Virus record (IMG/VR): IMGVR_UViG_3300037187_000021
Location: 1 to 53,346 of that record
Strand: one strand, 5' to 3'
Source: a virus
Taxonomy: Duplodnaviria > Caudoviricetes
DNA length: 53,346 nucleotides
In this document: one piece after another, positions 51,741-53,346 of the stretch
How positions within the stretch are numbered: the stretch's first letter is position 1
Layout of the letters: every line of letters starts with the position of its first letter
The notes under the pieces: generated by a model
What the model saw: the letters and a program-made list of their open reading frames with translations, nothing else
What the model was told of the DNA's origin: nothing
Database searches by the model: none
Translations under genes and position numbers: made by a program

Positions 51741-53346
51741 ATGAAGCTCTGGCCACGCATAGCCCTTCTTGGGCTCGTTTTCAGCCTCCTTGCGGCGACC
51801 TTTACCGCGTCCGCGCAAACGACCTATACGGACCGTTTTAGCGGTTCCGTCATTGCGACAATCGGCAAGCAGCCCGTCGTCGCGGCGACCACAGCGCCGA
51901 TCTCGCTTGCCTACAGCCAGGTCATCGACGGCGTCACGGTCAGCGACCATACGAACGACGATACCGGCAAAGCGCCCGACCGTGTGCTGGTCAAGAATCA
52001 GGCCGACGAAACCCAGAACGGCATCTACACGGTCAGCAACACCGGGCCATGGACGTACACGCAGGATTTCAGCGGCAACAGTGGCGTCGTCAATGGGCAA
52101 CTTATCATCGTCGCGGGTGGCAACAGCCAGACCGGCCTATGGGAGCTGACAACCGCAGATCCGATATGCGTCGGTAATTCGCCATCGATTGGTCCGGTTT
52201 CCGGCTGCACGCCGAGCGAAATCACTTTTGCGCAATACGAGATTCCTTTCGCGTCAATCGGCCTGACGAACGGCGATATCTTTGTCGGCAATGCCTCGAA
52301 CATGGCTGCCGAAGTCGCTATGTCGGGTGATTGCACCATCGCCAATACGGGCGCCATAACCTGTCTGGATTCGAATGGCTCGCCGATATTGACGGCTGCC
52401 GATACCGCGACCCTGACGAATAAAACCTATGATACCGCCGGGACGGGGAATGTCTTTAAGATCAATGGCCAGCAGGTTTCTTCTGTCAGCGGCAATACCA
52501 ACAAGGTCGCCACGGCGTCAGGCTCGTTTACTTCCGGCGATTGCCTTGAGATAAATTCGAGCGGCAATGTCGTCGATGCTGGAGGCGCATGTACGACCGG
52601 CGGCGGCGGTGGTACCGTAACGTCCTCGACTCAGTATCAGGTAGGTGCCTATCCGTCGACTGGCACCGTCATCACTGGCTTGGCTACCCTCACCACCGAT
52701 GCCCATGGCGTCCTCAATATCGCGGCGGGAACGATCACCAGCAACGACCCGGCCCTTGACGTCACGCAAACATGGAATGCTTCCGGCACGACGTTCAATG
52801 GCATTCTCGAAAACATCACCAACAGCGCCAGCGCCGCGGCATCTCTCCTTCTGAATTTGGAGGTCGGCGGCACGCCTGAATTCAGCATCAGCAAGGCCGG
52901 GGCGGTGACGGTTGGTTCGTGGGCCGGGACTATCATTCCGATTGCCGAAGGTGGAACGGGCGTCAGCCTTGCGGCGACAGGCGGAACGTCCGAAGTCCTG
53001 AAACAGGTCAGCTCTGGCGCGAACGTCACGGTCGGCCAGCTTGCCTGTTCCGATTTATCGAACGCCGCGACAAGCTGCGCGACAGATGCGACGGATGCCT
53101 CGAATCTTTCGAGCGGCACCGTGCCGACCGCGCGGCTTGGTTCGGGGACGGCATCATCGTCGACCGTGCTGTATGGCGATCAGACATATAAGGCCGCGCC
53201 ATCGGGTGCTTTGGTTCTGCTTGATACGATCAATGCGAGTAATGCTTCTCAGGTTACATTCAGTTCAACTTATATCACCAGCGCCTATAACAAATATGTG
53301 ATTGAGTTTGACAGTGTTACGCAAGCTTCTCCGTCTACTGCCATTT
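51741..53346 (+). CDS. Main tail fibre with signal peptide (3'-truncated, absent from ORF track)
   Basis: Open for 535 codons to the window end; MKLWPRIALLGLVFSLLAATFTASA|Q then KQPVVAATTAPISL..Q.IDGV...DRVLVKNQ...QNGIY.V...W fibre N-terminal domain; GGTG fibre motif. Confidence 0.88.
   Translation, partial: MKLWPRIALLGLVFSLLAATFTASAQTTYTDRFSGSVIATIGKQPVVAATTAPISLAYSQVIDGVTVSDHTNDDTGKAPDRVLVKNQADETQNGIYTVSNTGPWTYTQDFSGNSGVVNGQLIIVAGGNSQTGLWELTTADPICVGNSPSIGPVSGCTPSEITFAQYEIPFASIGLTNGDIFVGNASNMAAEVAMSGDCTIANTGAITCLDSNGSPILTAADTATLTNKTYDTAGTGNVFKINGQQVSSVSGNTNKVATASGSFTSGDCLEINSSGNVVDAGGACTTGGGGGTVTSSTQYQVGAYPSTGTVITGLATLTTDAHGVLNIAAGTITSNDPALDVTQTWNASGTTFNGILENITNSASAAASLLLNLEVGGTPEFSISKAGAVTVGSWAGTIIPIAEGGTGVSLAATGGTSEVLKQVSSGANVTVGQLACSDLSNAATSCATDATDASNLSSGTVPTARLGSGTASSSTVLYGDQTYKAAPSGALVLLDTINASNASQVTFSSTYITSAYNKYVIEFDSVTQASPSTAI

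Larger units (their letters stand above)
1..53346. mobile_element. Near-complete podovirus-type bacteriophage genome, circularly permuted, probably infecting an alphaproteobacterium
   Basis: Full set of packaging, head, tail, ejection, lysis and replication genes with no host housekeeping flanks; both window ends fall in tail-fibre sequence. Confidence 0.93.

Noticed and set aside
1-53346. Integrase, CI-type repressor, DNA/RNA polymerase, tRNA genes
   Set aside because: No recognisable motifs found by eye, so lifestyle cannot be called firmly; tRNAscan and HMM searches are needed to confirm absence

Overview
The window looks like a nearly complete (~53 kb), circularly permuted genome of a tailed dsDNA phage with a T7/BPP-1-type (podovirus) virion module: TerS, TerL, portal, scaffold, capsid, tail adaptor and nozzle, and ejection proteins. 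Replication and recombination genes include Prim-Pol/PriCT-2/DUF3987, Sak4, DUF669, a Cas4-like nuclease, an SF2 helicase and RusA. I found no DNA polymerase, RNA polymerase, integrase, tRNA or CRISPR array. A stand-alone GcrA DNA-binding domain points to an alphaproteobacterial host (inference). The most striking feature is the tail-fibre cluster (51741-end plus 1-6891). Eight of its genes, including the fibres, encode classical cleavable Sec signal peptides, and the mature proteins carry cysteines in pairs. This suggests receptor-binding appendages that are exported, disulfide-folded in the periplasm and joined to virions at or after lysis. Other highlights: a duplicated docking-motif plus tip-protein module, an Sm-fold gene coupled to a Ser-(Gly/Trp/Arg/Ala) dipeptide-repeat gene, small host-regulator mimics (CspA, plus GcrA, Rmf and RHH, which the ORF track missed), a lipase in the lysis cassette, and repeat-bounded accessory gene cassettes. 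All family assignments come from motif recognition by eye, not from database searches.
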